DNA of 64,000 nt. It comes from Glaucostegus cemiculus (lineage: Eukaryota). Numbering within the stretch: position 1 is the first letter of the stretch; every line of letters starts with the position of its first letter. The translations under genes and the position numbers were made by a program. Of this stretch, positions 1-13,399 are shown in pieces. A model generated the notes under the pieces. It was given only the letters and a program-made list of their open reading frames with translations, had not been told where the DNA came from and did not search any database. Where the stretch lies: assembly GCA_976551045.1 (NCBI GenBank), contig CDPCPM010000215.1, positions 3,844,001-3,908,000 on the forward strand, in the 5' to 3' direction.

Positions 1-844
1 GGGGAATGAGTACGAGTACCTTTTCATTTTCACCAGTAACACTAGACTAGCAGAATTGATTTATCCAGCATAAAAGACCGGGAACTTTAATGCAAGTGAG
101 TTATGCCCAACTCTGCAAAGCTCATTTACAATATATGAATAAACTCCCATTAACTGTTTGTTGTGTGAAAGATTGTCATCTATTTCTCTTTAAATGAAGA
201 ACAATGCTAGCATACTTCGAAATATTGATGTCTTTGTAAGACATAACTATTTAGTTAATAGCCATTGTAGTATAAAGTTATGCAAAGACATCCACTCTTT
301 TATGCAGATTCGGTATCAAACTTCAGCCCGCAAAATTTGTTATGCACCACGAAGTTATGATCCTTTGATACTCTGAAATATATACACAGGCTGCTCAGTT
401 CTTCCATTTAATTCATATCAAATGAGTGGTTCATTCCTCTTTCTCAGGAGAGGCCTGGAACACATTTGAAATATCTGTTTATTCTGCAGGACGAATCATG
501 TTTTCCGATACAACTATGCAGGTATTTGGCTTCAAGGTGAATGAAAAACTAATAAATAATTATGATTTTGAAACTTTGTAAATTTGAGAGAAATTAAATC
601 TTAGAGAGTCAAAGTAGCAAGGGAAATGGTGATACAACTCATTTACAATACTTCCACTGGAGAGAAATATTCAGAAGGAAAATGTTATTCTTTTTGGAAG
701 TTCTTCATTCAAGAAACATATAAGACAGGGGATAAACCTGGTTTCATTAGACATTAATCTTGTGATCTTTTCCACTGCAGTGTTAGGTTGACACAAAGTG
801 ATTTTGCATGCATAGTTGGTAATGTTTGGCAACATAATCAAGGT

Positions 845-1830
845 TAGGGCCAAAGCTTATCATTCAGGAAAAAACAATGCTCCAACACATCATTCTCTGC
901 AACTTCCGCCACCTCCAATGGGATCCCAACACCAGGCACATCTTCCCCTCCCTCGCCCTCCACTTTCCGCAGGGATCGCTCTCTCCGTGACTCCCATGTT
1001 CATTCGTCCCTCCCCACTGATGATCCTCACGGCACTTATCCCTGAAAAGTTCTACACCTGTACCTACACCTCCTCCTTCACCACCATTCCGGGGCTTAGA
1101 CAGTCCTTCCAGGTGAGGCACACTTCATGAGGGTATCATTTATTGCATCAGTGAGACCCGACGCAGATTGGGCGACTGCTTCTTCGAGCGCCTTCATTCT
1201 GTCCGCCACAAAAGCCAGGATATCCCAGTGGCCAGTCACATCATTTCCACTCCCATACTGACATATTTATCCATGGTCTCCTCTACTGCCATGTTGAGGC
1301 CAGACACAGGTTGGAGGAGCAATACCTCATATTCCACCTTGGTAGTCTCCAATCTGACAGCCTCAGTATAGATTTCTATAACTTCTGGTAACCCCTCCCC
1401 TCTTAACCACCCCCTTCTCCCCCTTTGTTTTCCCTTATTACTGTGGCCTCCTCTCCCCTTTTCTTTCCCCTCCCCCACCTTCATGACCTACCCATCTGTT
1501 CCCTGCCTCCTTCCCTTCATTCCATGGGCTACTGTCCTCTCCTACTGGACTCCTCCTTCTTCAGCCCTTTGCCTCTTCTACCCATCACCTTACATCACTC
1601 CCTGCCATTCCCCCTCCTTCCCCCTCTCATCTGGAGTCAGCCTGTGCACCTCCCCCTCCCCTGACCTTTTTATTCTGGCTTGTGCCCCCTTCTTTTCCAG
1701 TCCTGAAGCAGGGTCTCGACCTGAAATGTTGACAGTTAATCTCCCTCCACAGATGCTGCCTGACCTGCTGAGTTCCTCCAGGATTTTGTGTGTGTTGCTC
1801 CAGATTCCAGCATCTACAAAATCTCGTGTC
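845..1830 (+). mobile_element. Penelope-like retroelement 3' part (GIY-YIG endonuclease remnant plus terminal repeat)
   Basis: Frameshifted translation gives FRHLQWDP..RHIFP, FRRDRSLRDS, TCTYTSSFTTIPG..QSFQVR and ETRRRLGDCFFERLHSVR, typical of the Penelope GIY-YIG region. This is followed by a pyrimidine-rich tract and the terminal motif cctgaagcagggtctcgacctgaaa...cagatgctgcctgacctgctgagttcctcc. Confidence 0.75.
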
Positions 1831-2332
1831 ATTACTTCTATGAATTTGCTTAACTAGCACACTGTCATGTAAATGCACCATTGATTTGTAACTTCCTGTT
1901 ATTTAAAGAATACACCACACGAACAGAATGCAGCGTGGACTTGACAGTGATATCCTAGCCTGTGCTCTGTCAATGTAAGGAACCACCTTTTGATGATTGA
2001 CCTATTTTGTCAAAGCAAAAGGTAAGCTGGATGTAAGAAACAGCCATCCTCCCGCTATATTATCCAAACTCAAATGGTCAGCTGCATATTACATATTTAT
2101 GAATCTGTCTAACTTGCTCAGCTTTTAGGGAAAATACGGGTGAGCACTCATTTCAGTCAAAACCAAATTGCAAGACTGCTGGAAGTGTGCAATACAAGTC
2201 AAATAATCAAAAGCTCTACATTCACTACGTACACACAAGACAATGTTGGCTCCATTTATGGCAACAATAGTTCTTGTTTTCATGTTGCTGGGACAAAATT
2301 TATTCTGCTCTGTGAACATTCCCCAGTCTTAG

Positions 2333-2680
2333 AACCATAGAACAGTACAGCACAATATAGACCCTTCAGCCCACAGTGTTGTGCCAACCTTTAAACCACA
2401 CTTAAGACTATCTAACCTCTTCCTCCCACATATCCCCCTATTTTAAATTCCTCCATATGCTTATCTAATAATCTCTTGAATTTGACCAATGTACCTGCCT
2501 CCACTACCACCCCAGGCAGCGCATTCCATGCCCCAACCACTCTCTAGGTAAAAAACCTCCCTCTGTTATCTCCCTTGAACTTCCCACCCATTACTTTAAA
2601 GCCATGCCCTCTTGTATTAAGCATTGGTGCTCTGGGAAAGAGGCGCTGGTTGTCTACTCTATCTATTCCTCTTAATATTG
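2333..2680 (-). mobile_element. CR1 LINE 3' end
   Basis: Reverse complement of a CR1 ORF2 C-terminus and 3' UTR (aaccatagaacagtacagcaca...cccttcagccc...ccactctctaggtaaaaaacc). Confidence 0.8.
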
Positions 2681-3014
2681 AGGTCTTCTGGGAGAATCCA
2701 GGGAAAAGGATATAACATTAAATGTAGACCAAAGATTCAGCAGTCTCTAAATTCTCCATCTGGAAGCACACCTTCACAGGAAGAGTTGTGGCAGTCTGGA
2801 GCCCCCACACAAAGTTCTGTGAGCCTGAGTGGTGTCAATTAAAAACTTCACGAGTGGGAATTATATTTTCTGTTAAGCAAGGTCATAAGGCAATGGATAG
2901 AATTAAAATACAAATCTGCCAAGACTTGATTGAGTGAATTCCTCCAATTCCTCTTTCATTCTGTTTGAAATACCATCTGTAACATAAAGCAGGAGGGTTT
3001 AGAAAACAAGATGA

Positions 3015-3099
3015 GGGAGGCACAGTAGTGCAGTTGTTGGAGCTGCTGCTTCATAGTACCAGAGATCTGGGTTCTGGGTTCAATCCTGACCTTGGGTGC

Positions 3100-3131
<32 letters not shown>

Positions 3132-3397
3132 TGTTTGGCATGTTCTCCCTCTGATCTGAAGAGTTTCCTCTGGGAGCTCCGATTTCCTCCCACATCTTAA
3201 ACACATGTAGGTTGGTGGGTTAATTGGCACTGTAATCTGCCCCTAGCATGTAGGTGAGTGGAGGAATCTAGTGTAAATTGATGAGATTGTGGGGAGAATA
3301 TAAAATGGCATGAATGTAGGACTAATGTAAATGGGTGTTCGACAGTCAGCATGCACTAAAGGGCCTGTTTCTGCTTTGTATCTCATTATGATTCTGA
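3015..3397 (+). mobile_element. tRNA-derived V-SINE/HE1-like SINE with CR1-type tail
   Basis: tRNA-like head with B-box gggttcaatcc, central domain gtttcctctgggagctccgatttcctcccacat, and tail aagggcctgtttctgctttgtatctcattatgattct. Confidence 0.75.
3100..3127. repeat. (TG)n microsatellite inside the SINE
   Basis: About 14 TG units are directly visible. Confidence 0.95.
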
Positions 3398-3924
3398 GTT
3401 TGGAATTGGTTTTAAAAAGCAGCAATCAGCAGGAGATGCAATCTCAGAAACTCTATTGGCAATTCATGTAGTGTTAGTAACTCCCCCTTCTCCCATTAAT
3501 TAGGTCAAAACAAATTTAGCCTCAACACTGTTAAATATGGTGGCAACATTAGAGACTGCTGTGGTAAAATTCAAAAGTGTTCAGAGCAAATAAAAAAAAT
3601 GGATCCTTAATTATTAACCAAGTTTTATAGACAGATTCAGTCACTCTAAGATTAGAAATGTAATTCTTCACACAACAGAATGTATTTGAGAAAGGGGATT
3701 ATTTCATTGCAGGCACTTGGCTTTCAACATTTGTGATCTGCCAAGATGTAATGGAGACTATATACTTATTGATAGCTTTAATAACATTGAGCAAATTGAA
3801 AGGGCACAGCTTTCTCTGGTTCATAGCTACCATAGAAGTTTTAGGGAGAAGAGCTATTTAGTTCATTGTCACAATCCAGAGGTTCAAATGGATGCTGAAG
3901 AACTTCCCTTAAACCAGACTTGTC

Positions 3925-4510
3925 TCTCACAATCAAAACAAAAGCAGAAAATGTGGGGTAATACTCAGAATGTTGTGGAGAGAAAAATAGAATTAACGTT
4001 GGTGAGTTTTCTTGGGAACTGAGAATAGAGTTGCTGAGAAGGGGAGGGGTGGGGAGAACAAAGGAAATAGGGTGGAGACTAAGAGAAGCTGGATGGCATG
4101 TATTGGTGTCAACTGAGGGTGTGTAAAGGCTTGTTAATGGTACCTCCTCTGCCTGGAGGAGGTAAAGAGCGAGATTAAAGAGAGAAAAACAAAAACACAA
4201 TAGGAACAATGTTTGAAATGTAAGACACAGAAAGCAGCCGGAACTTTGAAATGAAGGAGAATGCTGGAAAAGTCCAGCAGGTCAGGAATATCTGTGGAGA
4301 GTTATATCAGACTGGCCAGGGACTGAGAAATAAAAAACTCCAGGTGCTGGAAACATTCAGCCAGTCAGGCAGCATCTGTGGAAAAAGAAACAGCTTATGC
4401 CCCTGGTCGATGATCCCTCCTCCTCACCAACCATAAAAGATCATTGGTCAAAAATAGCAATCCTGCACCCCCTCACAGATGCTGTCAGAACCTGAGCAAC
4501 TTTCAACATT
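3925..4510. mobile_element. Cluster of Penelope-derived terminal fragments, partly inverted
   Basis: Repeated tgctggaaa...cagcaggtcagg(c)a(g)catctgtgga motif and its inverse cacagatgctg, matching the end of the 845-1830 element. Confidence 0.55.
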
Positions 4511-4989
4511 AGCAGGGAGATGTGGGTATTGTAGCCAGACTGATAGAGATGAAAGGCAACTTCAGGAGCACAGGCCTTCAGCACTGTGACCATGATGCTG
4601 TCAATGCCCACAGCCTTGCAGAGTCCAGTGTGCTCATCAGTTTCTTGATAACACTTGGAGTGAGTCTAATTGCCTAATTAACCTTGCTTCTGTGATTCTG
4701 TGATGGTGCTTACTCAAGAGGTGACCAAGATGGGCCACCTGTGCCTACTGAAGATGGGTGTGACTGCTTCAGCCATATCTTTTGTTCTTGGCTTCCCTGT
4801 CATCATGTAGGGAATGTTCTTTGAGACTCTTCTTCCCATCAGTTTCTTTATTATTCACCACCAGTGTCAACAGGACCTCACTGCTTTGATCTCATTCACT
4901 GGTTGTGGAATGACTAAAATGCAGCTTCAGGATAGTTACATTGTACAGCACTGTAGCTTTACTGTAAAGTTATCAGAGATGCTAAGAGA

Positions 4990-6805
4990 ATACCAGTTCA
5001 AAATAGAGTCGAAGCTGGCAGTTGTGGCAGGGCTTACAAGCTATAACGGGCTACAAAACGAAGTCAGGCAGCATAGTCAACAACAGCACACCCCTTCCTG
5101 ATGAGCGTAATGCACTCTATGCAGGTTTTGAACAGAAGGGGATTTGGTTTGTCACCACCCACCCTGACAGCCTCTAATGCAACTGAACCCACAGTCACCG
5201 TCGAGGACGCAAGATCAATTTTCCGGAGAGTGAACCCCAGGAAAGCATCTGGCCCGGGTGGTATCCCTGGCCGAGTCATCAGATATTGTGCTGATCAGCT
5301 GGCGGGGGTGTTTACAGACGTATTTAACCTCTCTCTGCTTCAATCTGAGGTTCCCACCTGTTTTAAAAAGACCACTATCATCCAGTCACCTAAGAAAAAC
5401 AAAGTAACATGCCGTCATGACTACCAGTTGGTGGCTCTGACATCCGCCATCATGAAGTGCTTTGAGAGGCTGGTTAGGGCATGCAATGGCTCCAGTCTCC
5501 CAGGCAACCTCAACCCACTGCAATTCGCCTACCACCGAAACAGGTCTACAGTGGACGCCATCTCCCTGGCCCTACACTCATCTCTGGAGCATCTGGACAG
5601 TAAAGACACCTGCATTAGACTATTGTTTATTGACTACAGCTCTGCCTTCAATACTATAATTCAAAGCAAACTCATCTCCAAACTCCTAAACCTGGAACTC
5701 AACACCTCCCTAGGCATCTGGATCCTTGACTTTTTGACCAACAAGACCGCAATTGGTGACGATAGGCAGCAACATCTCCAGCACAATTATTCTCAGCACT
5801 GGTGCCCCACAAGGCTGCATCATCAGCCCTATATACTCATGACTGCGTGGCCAGATTCTGCTCTAACTCCATCTACAAGTTTGCAGATGATACCACCGTA
5901 GTAGGTCGTATCTCAAATATTGATGAGTCAGAGTACAGGGAGGAGATAAAGAGCTTAGTGACATGATGTCATGACAACAACCTTTCCCTCAATGTCAGCA
6001 GAACAAAAGAGCTGGTCATTGTCCCCAGGAATGTTGGGGGGGGGGGGGAAAGAGTGGTGTACATGCACCTGTCAACATCAATGGTGCTGAAGCACAGAGG
6101 GTTGAGAGCTTCAAGTTCCTGAGAGTGAACATCACCAATAGCTTGTCCTCATCAGACCACATAGAGGCCTTGACCAAGAAAGCTCACCAGCACATCTACT
6201 TCCTCAGGGGTCTAAAGAAATTCAGTATGTTCCCTTTGACACTCGCCAACTTTTATCAATGCACCATAGAAAGCATCCTATCTGGATACATCACAGCTTT
6301 ATATGGCAACTGCTCTGCACAGGACCGTAAGAAACTGCAGAGAATTGTGGACACAGCCCAACACATCACGGAAACCAGCCTCGCCTCCATGGACCCTGTC
6401 TATACCTCTTGCTGTCTTGGTGAAGCAGCCAGCATAATCAAAGACCCCACCCACTGGGTCATTCTCTCTTCTCCCCTCTCCCATCAGGCAGAAGATACAG
6501 GATCCTGAGGGCATATACCACCAGGCTCAAGGACAGTTTTTATCCCACTGTGAAAAGACTATTAAACAGTTCCCTTATATGATGAGATGGACTCTTGACC
6601 TAGCAATCTACCTTGTTATGACCTTGCACCTTATTGTCTACCTGCACTGCACTTTCTCTTTAGCTGTGACACTTTACTCTGTCTTCTGTTATTGTTTTTA
6701 CCCTGTACCAACTCAATGCACTGTGTAATGAATTGCTCTGTACCAACAGTATGCAAGACAAGTTTTGCATTGTACCTCAGGTCAAGTGACAATAATAAAC
6801 CAATG
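4990..6805 (+). mobile_element. Rex1/Babar non-LTR retrotransposon, 5'-truncated, degenerate RT
   Basis: ORF 5101-5901 has NPRKASGPGGIPGRVIRYCADQLAGVFTDVFNLSL, QFAYHRNRSTVDAI and LFIDYSSAFNTI. KFADDTTVVG follows near 5877. ORF 6125-6508 has KKAHQHIYFLRGLKKF..FYQCTIESILS. The tail is gtgacaataataaacc. Confidence 0.9.
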
Positions 6806-7079
6806 CAATGGCACCTCAGTTCAGAATGAGAATCAGTTTTATTGTCACTACCATATACACATTCAGTATGCATAGGAGTGGAATACTGTACTCCACAGAT
6901 CAAGGTGCTTGTCACATTAAAAAAAACAATGAGAGACACAAAGGCAGAAAGACATTAACAACATTGGAACCACAAAATTAAATAGCGACTCAAATAAACA
7001 ATCTTAAAGTGAGTGTACTGAGGCAGTAGACAATGGACATTTAAAGTGCTGGTGCATTTTTGTACACCTAGCATCCTTT

Positions 7080-8040
7080 GGATACCTCTGGTGCTGCTGC
7101 TAGCATGCCCTTATGTACTCCTCATTGAACCCACGTTGGTCTCCTGGCTGGAATGTAACAGTAGAATGGGGGAACTGCTGGGCCATGAAGTCACAGATTA
7201 AGGTGGAACACATTTCTGCTGCTGCTGTTGATGGGCCATTGAACATCATTAGTGACCCACCTGAGGTATAGAACTGTTGGCATAATGTGTTGCCATACTA
7301 CTGAATTGTGTGTCCTCAAGATCAAGATAGTCACACCTACAAACAAAGTTGTTGGTAAATGCATCTGCAACAGATGAATTAAAGAGGACAATGCCAATTT
7401 AGTATTTCCCTTGCATTGGTTCCCTTATCATTTGCGCTAGACTCATTCTGACAACTCTGTTCTTCAGTTAGAATTCATACCACTTGCTGAAGGTACATTC
7501 TTGCAGAAGGATTTCAAAGTCTCCCATGCAGTGTATATTCTCTGACCTTCCTTCTTTCAAGTGGTGTTGATTGTGAAGGAGCACTGAATCATCATTTCAG
7601 AAAGGATAATGATAAGTTATCAACTGGAGCTTTCTTTTCCCATGTCTCACCAAATGCTCTGAGGCCTCCAGGAATCCAGATCAATATCAAGCACTCCTTG
7701 TGCTTTCTTGCGTTTCAGAGAGGAAATTAAATGACAGCACATTGCTGAGGATCTGGAGACTTGGCAAAGATAATGGTTTCTCTGCAACTTGGTAACTGCA
7801 TGGTCAATATTACTAATACTAGCTTTCTCGTTCTTATTCATTCCTAATTTACTAACTGAATTTATCACTCCCTGGTGCTGTAGTGAGCTTTGTACTCCAG
7901 TCTCCAGATCATTAGTTGTGCCTTGGGATTGTTAACAGTTATATCAGAGCAGGCTACCATGTGCCTGCATGGTAATAATGATCTGGTATCAAGAGGGATC
8001 AGTGTACGAGATTTTTTCATAGTCTCATAATCAGTCTGAC
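7080..8040 (-). mobile_element. Highly decayed CR1/L2-clade LINE fragment
   Basis: Patchy resemblance to chondrichthyan LINE RT/endonuclease sequence on the minus strand; no intact motif. Confidence 0.35.
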
Positions 8041-8129
8041 AGGAGCAGTTTGTTACAAACAGAGCTCTAAGACTTGGAATTCATTTTCTAGCCCTTCCTT
8101 CTCCTCCTTCATTCATTACATGATCACAT

Positions 8130-8525
8130 TTTTCACTCTGGTTTTGAAACTCTCATCGGTTTTCAAGTCCCTCAAGCACACTGACTCTCCCCAGCTCCAA
8201 TTCCTCCAGCCCTTAAACCTTCCATGATCCCAGAGCTGCTCCCAAATCCAGTGCCTTGTGAATCCTAGACAGCCATTCCACCATCAGTGCCCACACCTTC
8301 AGCTGCCAAACTTCTAAGGTCTGTAATTCTCTCAGTAAACTTGTACCAGTTCCTCCCTCTCTTTCTTCCTTTAAGGCACTCCTTAATTCCTCCCTCTTTG
8401 TCTAAACTTTTGGTCATCTGGGCTCCTTATGGGCCTAGATACCAACAAATTCTTTGTTTGAATTACTTGTGTCAAATCTCTTGGGACCATTTTATGTTAA
8501 GGGTGCGACACAAATTCAAGTTGCT
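8130..8525 (+). mobile_element. L2 LINE 3' end, decayed
   Basis: ttttgaaactctcatcggttttcaagtccctc...ccttcagctgcc...ggtctgtaattctctc resembles the L2 ORF2 C-terminus (FK.L.L.FK.L ... AFS ... LWNSLP) followed by a 3' UTR. Confidence 0.55.
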
Positions 8526-10869
8526 TAGAGTTTGAAACATATTCAAATAGCTTACACAGCAACAGATCTCATGGTTGCCAATGTCAAATTCAAGCCCAAA
8601 TGACAATGTCGGTGCCATGATGTAGTTGGACAGCATCAGCAACACAGAAGAAATGTATAAATGAAATCTTCTGTACTTAGTGTCATTTTCTTTGAGGTAA
8701 GAATCAGGGTTTTCTTTTGACCAGTGATAATCCCTTTGGAGGCCTGATTACTGAGAAAGACAGCACTTATGGGAGATGCAACAGAAATGAACTGTGTGCA
8801 TTGTTACTGAAGGGAGCATATCGACTTTAGTAGGAGAGATAAAGAAATTGATAGCAACAATGAAAGTAAGAACTATTTTTATAGCACCTTTAAGGAAAGA
8901 AAATTTTCCAGATTGTTTCCTAAATGTGTTCCTGTGGCTGGCAAATCGAAAGACAGAAAAAAAGACTTTTATTCATATCGTACCTTTCACGGATTCTGTT
9001 GTATGAAAGGCAAAATTAGCTGCCATAAACTGCAGTATCAAGATGGCCAAGAAATTTATTTTAAGATTGTCTGTAGCAGAGCAAAGATTGGTAAAGACAG
9101 CTGGCATTGACCAAAGGCAAATCAATGTGTCAGGGCTTTTAATGCAGAGGACAGAGATGGAAAACTATAGTAAGAACATAGATTTTTCATCTGTCCAAAA
9201 CCATAGCCAAAGGGTGGGGTGAAGAGGACCAGAGATGGAAAATCAGACTGGTCACAGGGACTTGGAGCAGCTGGGCCGTGGAAGAACATTAATGAAGGCA
9301 AGAAATTTTAATTCAGAAATGGAGACCCAGCAAAGTCTGGCAATGATTGAAATCCTGGGGTTTGGGTAGGATATTGGTTGCAGAGCTTAGACCAAATTGT
9401 GATTTGGGCTGGAGGGGGGGGGTGATGAGGGAGAAATATGATGAGCCTCCATTCTTCTCTCTTTTTGTTGCAGTCAGGCTAGCTCCAAGATGGAGAAGCA
9501 GTCAAAGTTGAGAATTCTGGGCAACATGACTCCCGTGTGCATTGCTTGGATTAAACTGTAGATTGTGGAACAGCACTTTACCTTCCATGTAGATTGGACA
9601 GTGAGATAACAAAGATATGTTCCCTTTCCTCAAGAGCATTAAAATTATTAAGACATTGCACAACAATGCTAAGTCAGTCATACAAAAGTTGCTTTTACCC
9701 CCACCATTCCTTCCCCATTTTATAAGCACCAGAAAGTTCATCCACACCAACATGGAAGTCCTGATGTTGTCGAGTGAGCTCCACCTGTGATTTCCTGGTT
9801 CTGTATGGAGGTTACTGGCAGGGTACATGCTCGCTGCAATGCCTCAAACTACAAACGGAATCTCTGGTCAGGTTAGACCTCACAGAGTCATAGAGCATGG
9901 AAACAGGCCCTTTGGCCCAATCAGCCAGCGGAAGAGGAAGTGTAAAGGACAAGGGGTTACAATTACATTTACTGCTATCTGCACTGGGCAATATTGCTCC
10001 TCTGAACATTCACTCCGGTGAAGTGATGTACATAGAGACCGCCTCCATGAATGTATCACAGACTTCCCTAGTCACACAGGTGTAAAACATCTCCAAACTC
10101 ACCACTGGTGCAGATAAACTATCTGTACCAGTCTTGCCACCAAAGTTGGAGGATTTTGTGTTTACTTCTCACTTCATGGGTTTGAATTGGTAATTGGTTT
10201 ATTGTTGTCACATAGTGAAAAACAGTACAGTGCAGTACAGGAGTACAGTGAAAACTTTGTTTTGCATGCATATCATTTTATCACATCAGTACATCGAGGT
10301 AGTACAAGAGAAAAGTAATAACACTTAACCCAGGCACAAATTTCTTTTAAAACAGGTTTTTCAGCAAAGGCATAAAATTCTACCCTCTTAGGTGGAAGTG
10401 AATGATTCTCTGGCCCCTGTCATGCATTCCTTCCAGAGAACTGATCTTCTTCATTAGCCACTCAGGAACAGCCACTGGAAGAATGCCACTTTCAACCTCA
10501 AGCTCCACCATTACTCCCATCATCCAATCAGCAGCAACAATGTGACCTCTCACCTTCCAAGCCATAACCATGACATGCAATGCCACCATGAATTACGAGT
10601 AGAAGTGGAACACCCTGCCCCTTGAGCCCAAATCCCCATTCAACGAAGTCATGGCTCATCAGATTATAACTTCCAATCTGCATTCCCGCTTTCTTCTGGT
10701 AACCATTCACCCCTTTGTTTTCCAAGAATCTGCCATCTTGTGGATTCTGCGCCCACAAGTATTTAAACAAAGGAGTTCTGAAGACTCAGAACCCTCAAAG
10801 GTAAATAATTCACCTCATCCGTCTTAAATATGAGTCCTCTTACCTTGAGGCAGCAACACCTAGTTTTAG

Positions 10870-11385
10870 GTTAAACTAGTTTAGCAACACTGTGACCACT
10901 CTGATCACTTTTGCACTAAAATAGACATTTTGTTCTAATCGTGTTTTTTATATAGTAAAAATCTGTGTATAACTTATGTTTTTCTTGTGAATGATGCTAT
11001 GTGCCTGTGATGCTGCTGCAAGTAAGTTTTTCACTGCAGCTGTGCACACATGTACTTGTGCAGATGACAATAAACTTGACTTTGACAAACAATCTGCCGG
11101 AGGAATTCAGCAGGTCAAGTAGCATTGGTATATTATTGTCAGGTACTGAAATACAGTGAAGAGCTTTTGTTTGGGAGAATCCAGACAGATCATGCCATAC
11201 TCAAGTATATCAAAGTAGTAAAAAGGAAAATAGAATGCAGAATATAGTGTTACTGTTACAGAGAAAGCAATGTGCAAGTAGACAAAGTGCAAGGGTCACG
11301 ACGAGGTAAGTTCATCTTTAGTGTGTGAGAGGTCCATTCAAGTCTAACAGCTGGATAGATGCGGTCCTTGAGTCTAGTGGTACAT
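10870..11385. mobile_element. Two tail-to-tail Rex1/Babar 3' fragments (10870-11085 on +, 11125-11385 on -)
   Basis: The + copy ends gatgacaataaacttgactttgac. The - copy translates as ACTTRLKDRIYPAVRL and matches the UTR at 6520-6800. Confidence 0.7.
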
Positions 11386-13399
11386 GCTCTCTCTGCGGGT
11401 GGGGTGGGGGTGGGGAAAGAGGGGGTAGAAATAGGAATCATCATTATTTCAGGTTGAAACTCTGCATTAAGATGGCAGGATCCTTGTTTCCAGCATCTGC
11501 AGTCTCTTGTCTTCTAGTTCTAGATCCTCCTCCAAGAAGATGTCAAGACCCCTCAGGATCCTGTGTGTTTCACTTGGTCAGTATCTAGAAAGGGTACATT
11601 TTGTTTTTAATTATGTTAATTTAAGATTTAATTGCTAATAAAGTGATATTTTATTATTTCATTTATTTTGATGCATCTTTAAGTGCTTAGGTTTTGTGTT
11701 TATGTATTTTTAAGTGTTTAGATTTTTATGATCAAATTTCTTGAGCTCTGGAACACAACCAAAGTTTTTATATTGAAACTAATGAGAAATGTTTTCTCAA
11801 TTTATTGTGCCTAATGAAATGTTTTCCAGGAACATAACCCCTACATAAATTGAGAAATACTCATATTGCATAAGCCACACATGCTGCACTCAAATCAACA
11901 GCTCTCATCTGCCCCAGTCATAACACACATCACCTCCAGTTTTATTGGAATTATTAGCAAAGTGGATTCAAGTGCAGAATGATGCAAGTGTCCTTAACAC
12001 ACAGATGTCCCACTGATTGATTAGCTATCAAAGGAAATGTATTGGACAAATATTTTTCTAACAATGCAAGAAAAATGGAAACTTCAGTCTGTGGTGCACT
12101 AATATTAACATTCCCACATTCTCTTTTTGAGATGGCTGCTTACTACAGTGAAAGTTCCACTGTTTCTAGATTGAGAGTGGGACACAGCCAGCAGTAAATT
12201 GAAGAGACTTGCCACCTGCAACATTTTCTTTGCTTTTCTCGCTATCCATTATTGTTTGTTGATACTAACATTTATTCAGTTAATGATTGTGGATGGTTCC
12301 TAGAATCATACTGTTCAAAAATATACGCTTTGCATTATAATTACATTTGCTCCACTGATCTGAATGCTTATTTATTAGCACGTGTTTGAAGCAATATACA
12401 CAGATGGTAAACCTTTATGGATCTGAATTCTCCCACCTATCCCTCAGACCTATCCCTGTGCTTTCTCACTCAACTGTGCATGGTTTGCATACAGGCATTT
12501 TGCTTTCAATACTCTCATCCAAATATTTATCTAAGTATTTGAGGCACACGGAGACTCCAAGGATTGATCCCTGTAATACTCTGTCGCTGCCAACTTTCCA
12601 ATTAGAGGTATTACCATTGATTGTCATTCTTTGCTTCTTGTCATTTAAACAATTTATTATTTGATTTTACACACAGTCCTTTGGCTTGAAAGCTTTCAAT
12701 TTTGGCACAATTCCCTTCACGAGATGCATTATGGAAGTGCCTCTGATAAATGCTGTCCACCTTAGTACCATTACCTTGCAATTTAAAACAGGGGGAAAAA
12801 AAGACTTGCCATGACCCAGTTTATATAATGTCCAGGTATGCATTTCAATAAAGTTTGTTCATGAAAAGTTGGGGAGCAAACAAATGGAAGTTTTCTAGGA
12901 GAAGACGGCTTGAAGCTGAGCCTGATGTAATGAGGAGATAGTGAGCTGCTAAGGATATTCAGACCACTTTGAAAAATGTTTGGGGGATTGGTTTAAAAGT
13001 AATTGGGGTAAATGATATTCAGTGATATTCAAAGAAATTTGTAGAGGGCAGGATAGGCTGAATGTATTTTGGGATTTCCTATACATTGTTCATGTTCTAG
13101 AATGCATTGAAGGGCTCAGTCCAACCACAGAATTACTCGATGCTAGAAAGATAGTGATAAAAATCTTGGGTGCTGGAATGCTTTCGGAAGTGTAGAGAGA
13201 GGAAGATGTGATGGGAGATTAGGTTGTAATATACTTTACCTATCTTTGAAGGTGACAAATGCAAAGCTCTCTGCTCCCTTGTGAAAGAAGCCATTATCAA
13301 GAGGGTGCTGAGACAAAGACTCCACTTCGTCCTGTATCATTAAGGACATATTTCAGTCAGGGCCAAAGGAAAAAAAATTCAATGGGAACTGCCTTTGGC

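Noticed and set aside
20-100. Acceptor-like ttttcattttcaccag and donor-like gcaa/gtgag pair
   Set aside because: All three frames of the putative exon contain stops.
1380-1700. Pro/Leu/Ser-rich ORFs (also 18900-19280 and 30220-30490)
   Set aside because: These are low-complexity pyrimidine or purine tracts, mostly within Penelope remnants.
3015-3095. tRNA-like A/B-box sequences (also at 29213 and 27800)
   Set aside because: They are SINE heads followed by V-domains, not tRNA genes.
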